Shown here: piece after piece, positions 11,701 to 17,173 of the stretch
Position numbering within the stretch: the first letter of the stretch is position 1
Layout: the number at the start of each line of letters is the position of its first letter
Source of the DNA: an uncultured virus (IMG/VR IMGVR_UViG_3300009163_000001)
Taxonomy: Duplodnaviria; Heunggongvirae; Uroviricota; Caudoviricetes
Virus record (IMG/VR): IMGVR_UViG_3300009163_000001
Length of the DNA: 20,000 bases
Strand: one strand, 5' to 3'
Program-made: the position numbers and the translations under genes
Notes under the pieces: generated by a model
Database searches by the model: none
Seen by the model: the letters and a program-made list of their open reading frames with translations, nothing else
Told to the model about the DNA's origin: nothing

Positions 11701-13918
11701 GGATCGCTTTAGAAACAAATCAGTACTAGAAGTAACTATGGAAGAACTATTGCAGTACAAAACAAGAACTGGTAGTTATTCGCCGCATAACACCGCATCA
11801 GATACTGGTAAGGCTGTAATAGGATTGTTTGGTAGGGGTAATACATATGAGGGATTTGCTGTTAGAAATCTTTCTATTGATGAAGTCCTTAACAGTAAAG
11901 TTCTTAAGGATATCTTTAGGTATGAATACTTTTCAACAAAGAAAAACTTTAGACAGAGCAGAGGATTTGAATTATTAGTACAACGAGAAATTGATAGACA
12001 ACTTGGTGTTACTGGATTTAGGGCATCGGAATTCTTTGAGTCTGGTAGACAAATAGCTTTAGAGGGTGCTGGGTCAAACGATAAGATGGTTGACCATATC
12101 AACGGAGGCTTTAGTAGAATCTCTGATGACTACAATTCGTATGCTGGTAATCTTCCATCCATCAACAGTAAATATAATAATGTAGATCAGGTTGTATCTA
12201 ATATTGGTACAAACATTATTAAGATTGCTTCAGCACCAAAGTGGGCAATCAGAAGTTTAGCTGAGCCTATGGTATTATTAACAGATGAATTAGTTGGTAG
12301 AAATTTTGGTGATAGTATCAATGGAGTATTTAATATATTTAAACAATATATTATGCGTGATAAAAAATCATTTGAAAAAAATTCAGTTAATAATTTAATC
12401 TTTGGAATGAGAGAAGTTATGAACCATCAAGAAAGATTCTTATCAGAAGCCGATGATATTCTTTCTTCTTCTCTTGGCAGAAATAGATGGGTAGATAGAT
12501 TACTAAGAACAAAAGAAAATGGAACTGTTATTGAAAAAGCTTTTGATATTGGTGGAAACTTTGGAGTAGAGGCTGGAGGCAGCAGGGAATTAAGCACAGC
12601 TGCTAGAGGTATTGCTATTGTAAAGTTTGTAAGAGAGTTTGCGCTTACAATTGACAAGGCTCAAGAACTTTTAGTTCTTATGCAAAAACCAGAGAATAGA
12701 AAAATAGCTGCTGAGTTGAATCAACTATCCAGATCAAAAACATCTGGAAGTGTACAATTAAGCAAACACTTTAAGACACTTGCAAGAGAAGCTAGGTTTG
12801 GTGGTGACTGGGCAACAGCTGCTCAGTATGTCAGATTTAATTTACTTAATAAGGAAACACTGGATGCTATTGCATTTGCATTTAAAGATATGGGTGTTCG
12901 AGATGGTCGGGTTGATATGGCTAAGTTTAGAGAGTGGACACAAGCATATACAACAAATGGTATTGGTCCAATCTCTAAAGAAGTTATGCACCAAGCCTAC
13001 CACGATTTTGCATATGCAATAGAAACTAGAGTAGGAACGGATGGTATGATCTCTGAAGCAAGAGGCTTAAATAGAGATCTGAGTATTGCTAGTAGGACAC
13101 CACTTGGTCGGTTTATGAAAAGCTTACTACAATGGTCATCTTCGTACTCAAGTAATGTATTACAGAATGGTGGTTTAATGACACCAGCTGGAGTTATTCT
13201 TAAAGCCATTATTATTTATAATGTATATACATACCTAACTGATTTATTAGTAGAGTATGCAAGAGGTAGAGATCCAAAAGATATTGTGAAGGAACTACAA
13301 GATCCTAAGACATATGTATTTAGAATGGCATCAGAAACGCCAGTACTAGGTAGGTATCAATCCTTGTTATCAGAAGGTCTTGCAATGTCATCAGCATTAA
13401 CTGGTGGCAAGTTTCAATCGTTTGGCGTATCAACCAATGTTCCAGCTGCAAGCGTTGCTAATGCATTTATTAGGAAATGGGGCAAGTCTGTTAAAGCTTT
13501 AGCAACTGAAAAGAATCTAACTGCTGGAGAAGTAGCTGGTCATATTGGTAATATCACAGGAGTTAACAGTTTAGTCAATGGAAGTCCAATTGGTGTTGGT
13601 GCTTCTACTATGCAACAGATGGGTATTATCCAACAGCATGATGCTCTTAGCGATTATCTTAAGATTGCTAGAGGAAACCCAGCATCCCTAAATAAGTATG
13701 GTGGCGTACAACCAGCAAGCAATACTAACTATGACTATAGTCCTAGCTCTGAAACTCAATACGAACTTAAGAGAAGAAAGACTTATGAACAGATGAAGCA
13801 AATAGAGAAGCTTAATAAGATCATGGAGAAACCCAAGTCATTAACACCCATGATGATTAATATCAAGGGTGTCTCCTATGATCTAGCCAAGAAGCTGAAT
13901 GAGATGAACCAGCAATAA
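2747..13918 (+). CDS. Giant (3723 aa) multidomain virion/ejection protein, gp16-like position, polyvalent-type architecture
   Basis: Uninterrupted 11.2-kb ORF with SD-like GAAAGGT upstream; follows the lysozyme-bearing protein. Gly/Ala-rich hydrophobic segment ~3950-4360, HELGH at 6080, sigma-like domain 8270-8839, only two Cys seen, C-terminal PLGRFMKSLLQW plus hydrophobic helices reminiscent of ejection-protein C-termini. Confidence 0.8.
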   Translation: MSEKNIDINELNAPADIRLGGLYNPEPTPREPELKYNATVPYYIGRSVNNILPSIMSVLTEPLTGDGINPYTEDANNARMGIAPDTLLSSMSNIANWSKNIKTQQDLYPSFTSSPSDAAFDEQLRIENMVNGGTTSGAIGRSVDQTAQKRLIAGYYLNPYFKINANQQLIENRDGFEQRYDEYAASVKLTNDDRFLKEMNATDSKLASTNVKDAKLPELKLLSQKELYEGLKNFNETGAWGRYVANLSAEDGLFSLGWVVKDILTGFGMANPLNKVEGGFELATYQNPWNIMETPVVSLGKDVIDYVAKEDPNFNGPEWFSQLELPVEVRHQMLLNGIDTSSFIGSRGKNEALFTLQNLMFTTTLRDKYENFLKKNEFWNSKTGSLIKIGVSLPNMIASDQDTVLAVGTSLLSAGVSLVSKGTAMTLGAMKLTGAAANTMKTTGVVLSGLGTATALSTGGIPRFLKYANWGTKLGYSIGTGSLIMVARNFKDQQNKIAFTVAGLEEQGKYSYDLSEAATSAFEGAIFGGVMHGVHEGAGYLNNKIRIELNNGIDYNSYTINGPNTKMRPAVTDLYFGEKFKEAQLLDRPAGKYPPLLPFLKAKVSKEERRQYDQVVLGLTPERQLNLDSLTDTLIAESNSKVPEPTPLKEVMINGVRHLFEANEVTPVSSTEHAQHLQEPATIKSRYGNYYFRDGDTNMYIETPEGVVKTNNDNVGFAEYQANKPIEQELPVTPLAEGEKLAVAKDSFSDRSTLVEATDLREVPESGIFSRVEGEAPVAHAVRLLNADQIGGVLDIHPLTEGFGEGRLEATKQLSAYKKALRILEFINENRNESLSDQLELFGVGLDPKIAEKLPQLIKELNSVIKQVEEHTADQVAKDWSPEVSSSMTKNQRVTFQEDLSYQRARLESGVEPKQIYKALDQAVEDGTFTKNYRDAIVKVLTTLGELPKEEVPEVTSAKPTVKNQVRRRLAKIETSSNDRVIRQTTQRFKSVFNDKQQAKARAAYKKPYGSNKAKNGFIKNFSKRLAKNGVSIDTRIEAVKLLSASLANLKVGPAQLLMWVDKIKTIDVNPDGYRGQATASIVPKIDIKLGKNYASELSVNQAPEVVKLTLHELGHIYSYLFSSVEEQKLNDLYTKYVDVYTVKKYMLNENALFGNAYHLTKQNKYNISNLSGSILSDNFSYDFKGVDEFFANMFQSTLYNETINALKTTPRNKPVSLWLIDSLVHFKNTWNSIKNIVSDDNLNGLTKGIFELIKKIDKQTYLTGEEALIRERVSAKIQFRLAQNSSLVNLTDLPNFNGLLSYRNYNEQLGTRLLNMLYDPQSEKLLSSLVDMENHTSEQARSLALDTIRGRIEKEINNLVGVVEGGEAHADPFTEIFRMTSGFEVDTNTVIWKQLAYMLDSDGSIRDVLKQPTEFIISDNMESFPGSKTEPKTTINEYDLESRLVVASIFMPHRISEILQTWQRSAHDTNIIGMGLETNVSNLNVMSNTAKIVVRYLDIRKSVDDYKATAFAYAVPDLFKDNKSNRAFYTEFSSIADFVNMLHSNENAEVNINTLQDRLIYLSKEKYAVGDPIAGSYLQQFLFLDDILEHLNQEFGIRLKEKQNIFTPELDRGAKEVINDLITSPFIPNNRKYEIINLSVRGGKTKHGFNSFFEVAADLDRNDNLRSMVYGFLDKLNLDGVTFDTRLKEASLRLLDTSDIDKKVIETEDLFTLARLIANEILGPDKVEIVKQNITTRKKLLKAKPELVEKIKTKQQEVAVAKIKAASVKVKTEPINNNEVSELLADAASEPLTADETAVTTNNWKTNPKTTTTDVVSGEIGLTKAKNFSYLSDGPMLTVVDISLLVSTKGNILRKVLFSALGKMRGKLSIEGKEDMLSELGLAIQYEPTTKKAYETILADGKDVKPRIVGLSKKVLFNAIQTKIRNESILSSTGESQKKENSIIGPDGESMDFAQVVNNKRRTTERTLNEAMMALNQVGLTKDTIDKFETFSRLRLTPGSTEKSVAEIMGMTEDAMNKLVHRVKEAFKKKQITIDILDGKITDINPQQLASRMARIELENSTTTELANPIEAAKKAIKPLRERMAIATRREATAEIFKDAVVDTSTEPSVAMPIVNKSKTKETMYATTLDGTSESVPNGTVLVAHEIATTIAESKQAEITTQVVVDITKPTIELVAGNGLVDTLKNTPASVFEEVGLEKEALIETLVAVNNPEEVLMNILKENEVPPATITITNKAKKTKAIIVLEPEVAKVTGVIDNTVESPTVRNVGTEPAKVDPSIVIESTVKNPEKEVIIFDKSTGESPDLKPMIVTGTSDRVELSPIDKFDSEVMAGKEMLRLNGQDPKFIKYFLLKFNKLSSALVKNIGVKIDAIPKEFENLLAEIQSYYLAISEHNRSNFPDYVFNSLNDKFWKEFDKQVVADLAARATPLSEMKPKKLGEIIKAASDKVNEFIAYHNKVEIGSVKPERVSLWAEFLPPISPDDFILSTLQTAKDVNESTFITEVRLRPKSEGERLFKAAKQKRITAKTIVEDFKLTPLTEPIESAKPTEVPKPTEAAKPTEAAKPTEAAKPTEAAKPVKEIDTVDTITESLADDLKKRMEDKKNSKDRNGFLRNWWIKYSDMHTMHHTSLNWWSRFWRGSAKEITADANMISRFMRLSSGLIANRSAEGKTIRSLNNVMRLISSFAENGKLMSHQFVKVGIEAFKTFEACASQNFREIIPLYDAQTKFNNAVGHMQMARDLQWNMIKAKAKTKGVLVDSELEKIILTHKPKATKEFIKTVIQRAKELQQVDINDNKLLIDLEVKTKWGRMVDRNGKQMDPNEYHSMTVDSNLVGTQNRTTILEAMADVRSQTLLSEDTLDGNIMFGMGWLTEGTKKNRTIWSRDNRSGVQISDMADSPFDRTTLKMLEAKAKLDGENRYAPGTDLEKIWQLNDKNNHKYFSYIDPATLEVVICSMPEVKAELSAGDLLKYNETVTGSLDHLSPFWLDRFRNKSVLEVTMEELLQYKTRTGSYSPHNTASDTGKAVIGLFGRGNTYEGFAVRNLSIDEVLNSKVLKDIFRYEYFSTKKNFRQSRGFELLVQREIDRQLGVTGFRASEFFESGRQIALEGAGSNDKMVDHINGGFSRISDDYNSYAGNLPSINSKYNNVDQVVSNIGTNIIKIASAPKWAIRSLAEPMVLLTDELVGRNFGDSINGVFNIFKQYIMRDKKSFEKNSVNNLIFGMREVMNHQERFLSEADDILSSSLGRNRWVDRLLRTKENGTVIEKAFDIGGNFGVEAGGSRELSTAARGIAIVKFVREFALTIDKAQELLVLMQKPENRKIAAELNQLSRSKTSGSVQLSKHFKTLAREARFGGDWATAAQYVRFNLLNKETLDAIAFAFKDMGVRDGRVDMAKFREWTQAYTTNGIGPISKEVMHQAYHDFAYAIETRVGTDGMISEARGLNRDLSIASRTPLGRFMKSLLQWSSSYSSNVLQNGGLMTPAGVILKAIIIYNVYTYLTDLLVEYARGRDPKDIVKELQDPKTYVFRMASETPVLGRYQSLLSEGLAMSSALTGGKFQSFGVSTNVPAASVANAFIRKWGKSVKALATEKNLTAGEVAGHIGNITGVNSLVNGSPIGVGASTMQQMGIIQQHDALSDYLKIARGNPASLNKYGGVQPASNTNYDYSPSSETQYELKRRKTYEQMKQIEKLNKIMEKPKSLTPMMINIKGVSYDLAKKLNEMNQQ
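6080..6322 (+). other. Zincin-like metallopeptidase motif (HExxH ... E) in the giant protein
   Basis: LTLHELGHIY (His codon at 6080, aa ~1112), preceded by beta-strand-like IDIKLG and followed by DEFFAN (Glu at 6311), the candidate third zinc ligand. Confidence 0.7.
8270..8839 (+). other. ECF/sigma70-like domain (regions 2 and 4) embedded in the giant protein
   Basis: DISLLVSTKGNILRKVL...KEDMLSELGLAI (region 2.1/2.2-like), SKKVLFNAIQTKIR (2.4-like), SIIGPDGESMD linker, LRLTPGSTEKSVAEIMGMTEDAMNKLVHRVKEAF (region 4 HTH); ~190 aa in total. Confidence 0.6.
10376..10474 (+). repeat. In-frame 18-bp tandem repeat, ~5.5 copies, encoding (A/P)KPTE(A/V)
   Basis: Unit GCTAAGCCAACCGAAGCT, perfect at 10412, 10430 and 10448, variants at 10376 and 10394, partial at 10466. 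Confidence 0.97.
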
Positions 13919-13989
13919 GAGTGTGTATTACCAATAGTTGGGGCTATAGATAATACCTAAGGGTATACCTTAGGGATAGTCGAGATCTA

Positions 13990-14046
13990 AAGATCTCCTA
14001 TAGGTTATGTATTTAATTATATTAATACTAATCTATAGGAGATCTT
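13990..14046. repeat. Long inverted repeat: 14-bp perfect arms with an AT-rich imperfect inner stem
   Basis: AAGATCTCCTATAG (13990-14003) / CTATAGGAGATCTT (14033-14046); inner GTTA/TAAT and GTATT/AATAC. Confidence 0.92.
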
Positions 14047-14361
14047 AGTCCGAAGTACAGTTAAGTCTATGGGTTACTTAGGATACCTTAGGGGTCGTAG
14101 TTAGGTACTACTCCCTGTCGAGATCCTTGGTCCCATCCCTGTCGATCTCCGACGGTTCTAGGGGGTTCGGTGCTATACACATCAACAACAACCTGTATAC
14201 AAATCCAGGATATCTATGCATGTTCCTTGGTTTAACATGGGTGACCGCCCTGTCCATAATATACTGTGAGTTACTTTCAGGATACGCAAGTATTGCACAA
14301 TACATAGACCCTGTGTACCGTTGGGTCTCCCGACACTTATTACGACAATGTGTCGGGACAG

Positions 14362-14419
14362 CTAGTACGCCATTGGTGACCTAGTAACCCCCAGCCTGTA
14401 CCCTAGTACGCCATTGGTG
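14362..14419 (+). repeat. 17-bp perfect direct repeat, 2 copies
   Basis: CTAGTACGCCATTGGTG at 14362-14378 and 14403-14419. Confidence 0.92.
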
Positions 14420-14517
14420 GCTCTTTAGTAAATCGACTTAGGGGTCGAGAATTTATAGACCACCTCTATCCCATGTTGTACTCCCGCCGTCCCCCCATAG
14501 CCCGATAACCACGGCGA

Positions 14518-14546
14518 TTGCACATAGTCCCATAAGTCACTAATTT
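14518..14546 (+). promoter_or_regulatory. Possible host sigma70-type early promoter
   Basis: TTGCAC-17 nt-TAATTT immediately before the structured leader; only 3/6 match in each box. Confidence 0.3.
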
Positions 14547-14552
14547 AATATC

Positions 14553-15020
14553 CTTGTGGCGGTTTATTCCCTTGAATGATACTTAAGTACTCGGGGATAC
14601 TAAATACGAAACAAGTGACCATAGAAGTAAATTGTTTCCGCTGATTACATGGTTGAGTTCAATCAACCGTTGCGCCTTGAGCAGACTTATGCTCTCTAAG
14701 GGCTACCCTTCCTTGTTGAAGTTGGGGTAACAACGGACTCGGGATGGTTCAATCGGTTGCTCGGACTGAGCGTAACGGCGTATGCCACCAACTCCGCAGA
14801 GATTCTCTGTAGTGGAGTGATTCATTCAAACACATGAATCGTAATAATTCTAGTTGTTCCTAGAATTGTCTCTTATGCTTGCCTTACGGCTATCCGCTGA
14901 GAGTATAAAGAAACGCTTGGCAACGATTCTGCTTTTTTCCAAGAGCATAGTCCGTTGCTAGGCGTGATTTCCACTAAGATTAGTGGCATTCACGCCGTTC
15001 CCTACAAGGTGTAGGGGATA
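14553..15020 (+). ncRNA. Candidate structured RNA or 5' leader of the early transcript (family not recognised)
   Basis: Back-to-back stems: GAAACAA/TTGTTTC; CCGTTG(14667)/CAACGG(14731) enclosing two hairpins; ACTCCGC/GTGGAGT; GATTCAT/ATGAATC; AATTCTAG/CTAGAATT; 13-bp 14913-14925/14953-14965; CCACTA/TAGTGG; CCCTACA/TGTAGGG. Long-range pair AACGGCGT(14774)/ACGCCGTT(14992). Confidence 0.45.
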
Positions 15021-15047
15021 GCAATAATACCTAACATGGAGATACTA

Positions 15048-15356
15048 ATGAAACTTTCAAGTCAAGTTTGGGCTGAATTATCGTACAACGATCAATCGAA
15101 TGTGATTATCGACCTGTACCAAGTATGTTTGAAGACTGGTTACTGTTCCAACAAGGGTCGTAAGCCTGTAGAAGACCTTCAACTCGTGATTCAGCATGTA
15201 TTTGGAATCAAGTTGGATACTGCGGCATTCGCATTGCGTTGCAAAGGTTTATTGAACAAGGGCGATAGCAATTCTCAGAACAAGGCATTGCGTCAACAAC
15301 AGATGTTGAAGACTCTTGCTGAACTCTTTGCCGCCGCTAAGCCTGTTACTGCCTGA
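15048..15356 (+). CDS. Hypothetical early protein (102 aa)
   Basis: Start moved from 15036 to ATG 15048, 6 nt after the GGAG of CCTAACATGGAG. Confidence 0.8.
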   Translation: MKLSSQVWAELSYNDQSNVIIDLYQVCLKTGYCSNKGRKPVEDLQLVIQHVFGIKLDTAAFALRCKGLLNKGDSNSQNKALRQQQMLKTLAELFAAAKPVTA

Positions 15357-15360
15357 TAAG

Positions 15361-15444
15361 GTAACGATTGCCTACCTCGCCCCATAGGGAAACCTATGGG
15401 GCTTTATAGGTTACCGTTGGTAACTATTAACCCCTAACATGGAG
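15361..15444 (+). promoter_or_regulatory. Intergenic cassette copy 1: long GAAA-capped hairpin (RNase III site-like) plus RBS leader
   Basis: GCCCCATAGG-GAAA-CCTATGGGGC (15379-15402) on a lower stem TAACGATTGCCTA/TAGGTTACCGTTG; 15405-15444 is identical to 15752-15791. Confidence 0.7.
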
Positions 15445-15451
15445 AGTAACT

Positions 15452-15706
15452 ATGACTATGCGAAACTTAACAGTAGTGCGCCAAGTAACTAAGTCTGCTA
15501 ATGTTCTATCGGTTGGATTCATTCAAGCGAATGATGCCGCAATGGCTGAGATTGCTACGCTCAAAGAGCAGGTACTCGGTCTTACTCGTACGATTGAAGC
15601 AATGAAACTCGCTGAGAGTAATCGCCTAGACTCGGAGTTCCGTTCTACTCAACATAAACTTGAGGCAAGTAATGCAATGCGATTAGCAATGATTGCCTCA
15701 CTCTGA
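15452..15706 (+). CDS. Hypothetical early protein, coiled-coil-like (84 aa)
   Basis: GGAG 7 nt upstream; heptad-like MAEIATLKEQVLGLTRTIEAM. Confidence 0.8.
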   Translation: MTMRNLTVVRQVTKSANVLSVGFIQANDAAMAEIATLKEQVLGLTRTIEAMKLAESNRLDSEFRSTQHKLEASNAMRLAMIASL

Positions 15707-15708
15707 GA

Positions 15709-15791
15709 GTAACGATACTCTATACTCCAAGTGTGGGAAACCACACTTGGCTATAGGTTACCGTTGGTAACTATTAACCCCTAACATGGAG
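15709..15791 (+). promoter_or_regulatory. Intergenic cassette copy 2: long GAAA-capped hairpin (RNase III site-like) plus RBS leader
   Basis: CCAAGTGTGG-GAAA-CCACACTTGG (15727-15750) on a lower stem TAACGATACTCTATA/TATAGGTTACCGTTG; 40-bp exact repeat. Confidence 0.7.
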
Positions 15792-15797
15792 TCTATC

Positions 15798-16166
15798 GTG
15801 AGTGATAAGATGATTAAAGATGGAGAGGAAGGTAGATTTGTATCTACATTCTGGCTTGACCAAGCCACCAATAGTTTTAACTTGGTTAAGGGAATGCTTG
15901 AAGAAAATATTGCGTCAGTAAAGTCTTTGCGTCATAGTGTGAGTATTCGTGATACTACTATAGATGGACTCTACAAACTTACTGAAAGTAAAGATGTTCT
16001 AATTAAAGAGAAAGATGCTAGGATTGAATTGCGTAATGAAACTATTATGGATTTACGCAAGACAGTACAAGAGCAAGTCGATGCTCTTGAAGAGCAGTCT
16101 ACTATTATTAAAGACCTTAATAGGGTAATCGCTGAGTACCGTAACCTAACAGGAGAAACCAAATGA
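15798..16166 (+). CDS. Hypothetical coiled-coil protein (122 aa)
   Basis: Start moved to GTG 15798, 6 nt after GGAG; heptad-rich; similar to the next ORF. Confidence 0.8.
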   Translation: MSDKMIKDGEEGRFVSTFWLDQATNSFNLVKGMLEENIASVKSLRHSVSIRDTTIDGLYKLTESKDVLIKEKDARIELRNETIMDLRKTVQEQVDALEEQSTIIKDLNRVIAEYRNLTGETK

Positions 16167-16477
16167 GTGCTATTGATAGTAAGATTATTAGGTTGTGTAA
16201 TAGGCTTGATGTTAAGGATGCTATCATTACATTGTTAGATTCATCCCTTAAAGAGAGGGATGATAGAGTGTCTATCCTTCGCAATATCATTAGTGATAAT
16301 GATAAGACTATTGTGCGTTATACTATGTACGAAGTTCACTTAAAGAAAGAATTGGATATCAAAGATACTATAATCTCAGACTTGCGGAAGGGTATACAAG
16401 AGCAAGCCAATGCTATTAAAGATTTGCTTAACTTGCTTGCTGATTGTCGTACTGAGTTAACAAGAGGTACACGATGA
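16163..16477 (+). CDS. Hypothetical coiled-coil protein, paralogue of the upstream ORF (104 aa)
   Basis: AGGAG SD, overlap with the upstream stop; shares DLRKxxQEQxxA...IKDL. Confidence 0.82.
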   Translation: MSAIDSKIIRLCNRLDVKDAIITLLDSSLKERDDRVSILRNIISDNDKTIVRYTMYEVHLKKELDIKDTIISDLRKGIQEQANAIKDLLNLLADCRTELTRGTR

Positions 16478-16689
16478 AAGATAGTAAAGATAGAGAACTG
16501 ATTAGGCATAAAGGTATTCCTGGGTACTTTGTACCTCGGGGACTATATGAACTCATGGAGTTTGGGATTGAAGCGGCACTAGCAGATATTGATAGTAAGG
16601 GTACTAAGATTAAAGACCTTACTAAAGAGATAGAGAGATTGACTAGTGCTATTAGAGAGATTCATCCAAAGTGGAATACAATGGATTAA
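16474..16689 (+). CDS. Hypothetical protein (71 aa)
   Basis: GAGGT SD, ATGA overlap, C-terminal coiled coil. Confidence 0.8.
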   Translation: MKDSKDRELIRHKGIPGYFVPRGLYELMEFGIEAALADIDSKGTKIKDLTKEIERLTSAIREIHPKWNTMD

Positions 16690-17148
16690 GGGTTCGCCCT
16701 TAAGTACCTTCGGGTACTTAGTAGGTATCACTAGGTAATGCCTAGTGTATCCTATAGAACACAGTGCTTCATAGGTCAGATAAAGAATGACTATGGTACT
16801 GTGTTCTATAGGATAAGTAGTACAAATACCCTAGCACCACAGTAAGTCTATGGGTATTACCCTATGAGTCCTTGCATCATGGTACTATAGTCGAAAGACT
16901 ATGGTACTATTTATCGGGTTATGTGGGTATATTAGTATCCATATACAGGAGTATTAGATGTAAACTAATACTCAAAGGTACTGTGACTAATATCATAGTA
17001 TGACATCGTATGCGATTAGCATATAAGTTATAGAGTCTTTGACTCTAATGAAGTGGGTAGTTACATACCACACAACTATGGTACTACAGTCGAAAGACTA
17101 TAGTATTATTTATGACACCTGTAGTGTATCGTATACACCTGTAGTGTC
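16686..17148. repeat. Second non-coding hairpin array with repeated motifs
   Basis: Two UUCG hairpins (16686-16703, 16701-16720); 18-bp perfect arms 16748-16765/16798-16815; near-duplicate ATGGTACTAyAGTC-GAAA-GACTAT hairpins (16879-16910, 17078-17109); GAGTATTAG/CTAATACTC; TAGAGTC/GACTCTA; ACACCTGTAGTGT x2. Confidence 0.85.
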
Positions 17149-17173
17149 TGTTTCTTTCAGAGGATATACTGCT

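Larger units (their letters stand above)
13919..15047. other. Non-coding late/early junction, probable genome terminus or terminal-repeat region
   Basis: 1.1 kb without a credible ORF between the last late gene and the first small gene; palindromes, CTTAGG/CCTAAGG short repeats and direct repeats. Confidence 0.6.

Noticed and set aside
1237..13209. Many short minus-strand and alternate-frame ORFs in the ORF track
   Set aside because: They are shadows of the two long + strand genes, with biased composition and no RBS support.
2747..13918. Giant ORF as an N4-type or crAss-type virion RNA polymerase
   Set aside because: Size and Cys scarcity fit, but I found no DxDxD (DFDID/DFDGD) motif and no convincing T7-type A/B/C motifs; a profile search is needed to exclude it fully.
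14108..14384. ORFs 14127..14384 (+) and 14108..14305 (-)
   Set aside because: No SD, atypical composition, and they overlap repeats and palindromes; likely non-coding.
14420..14427. boxA-like GCTCTTTA
   Set aside because: A single 8-mer lying upstream of the best promoter candidate; could be chance.
15353..15791. Hammerhead ribozyme (CTGA...GAAA) in the repeated cassettes, and CTAATGA near 17046
   Set aside because: GAAA is a hairpin tetraloop here rather than a junction strand, and the CUGANGA/GAAA/NUH topology cannot be built.
14362..15791. CRISPR or mini-array interpretation of the 17-bp and 40-bp repeats
   Set aside because: Only two copies each; the 40-mers are separated by a gene and contain an RBS; no cas genes in the window.
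14553..17148. tRNA, tmRNA or intrinsic terminators within the hairpin arrays
   Set aside because: No cloverleaf with T-loop/CCA, no tag reading frame, and the hairpins lack following U-tracts.
17039..17173. N-terminal extension of the 85-aa ORF from TTG 17039
   Set aside because: It runs through the hairpin array with no SD; ATG 17174 has a good SD.
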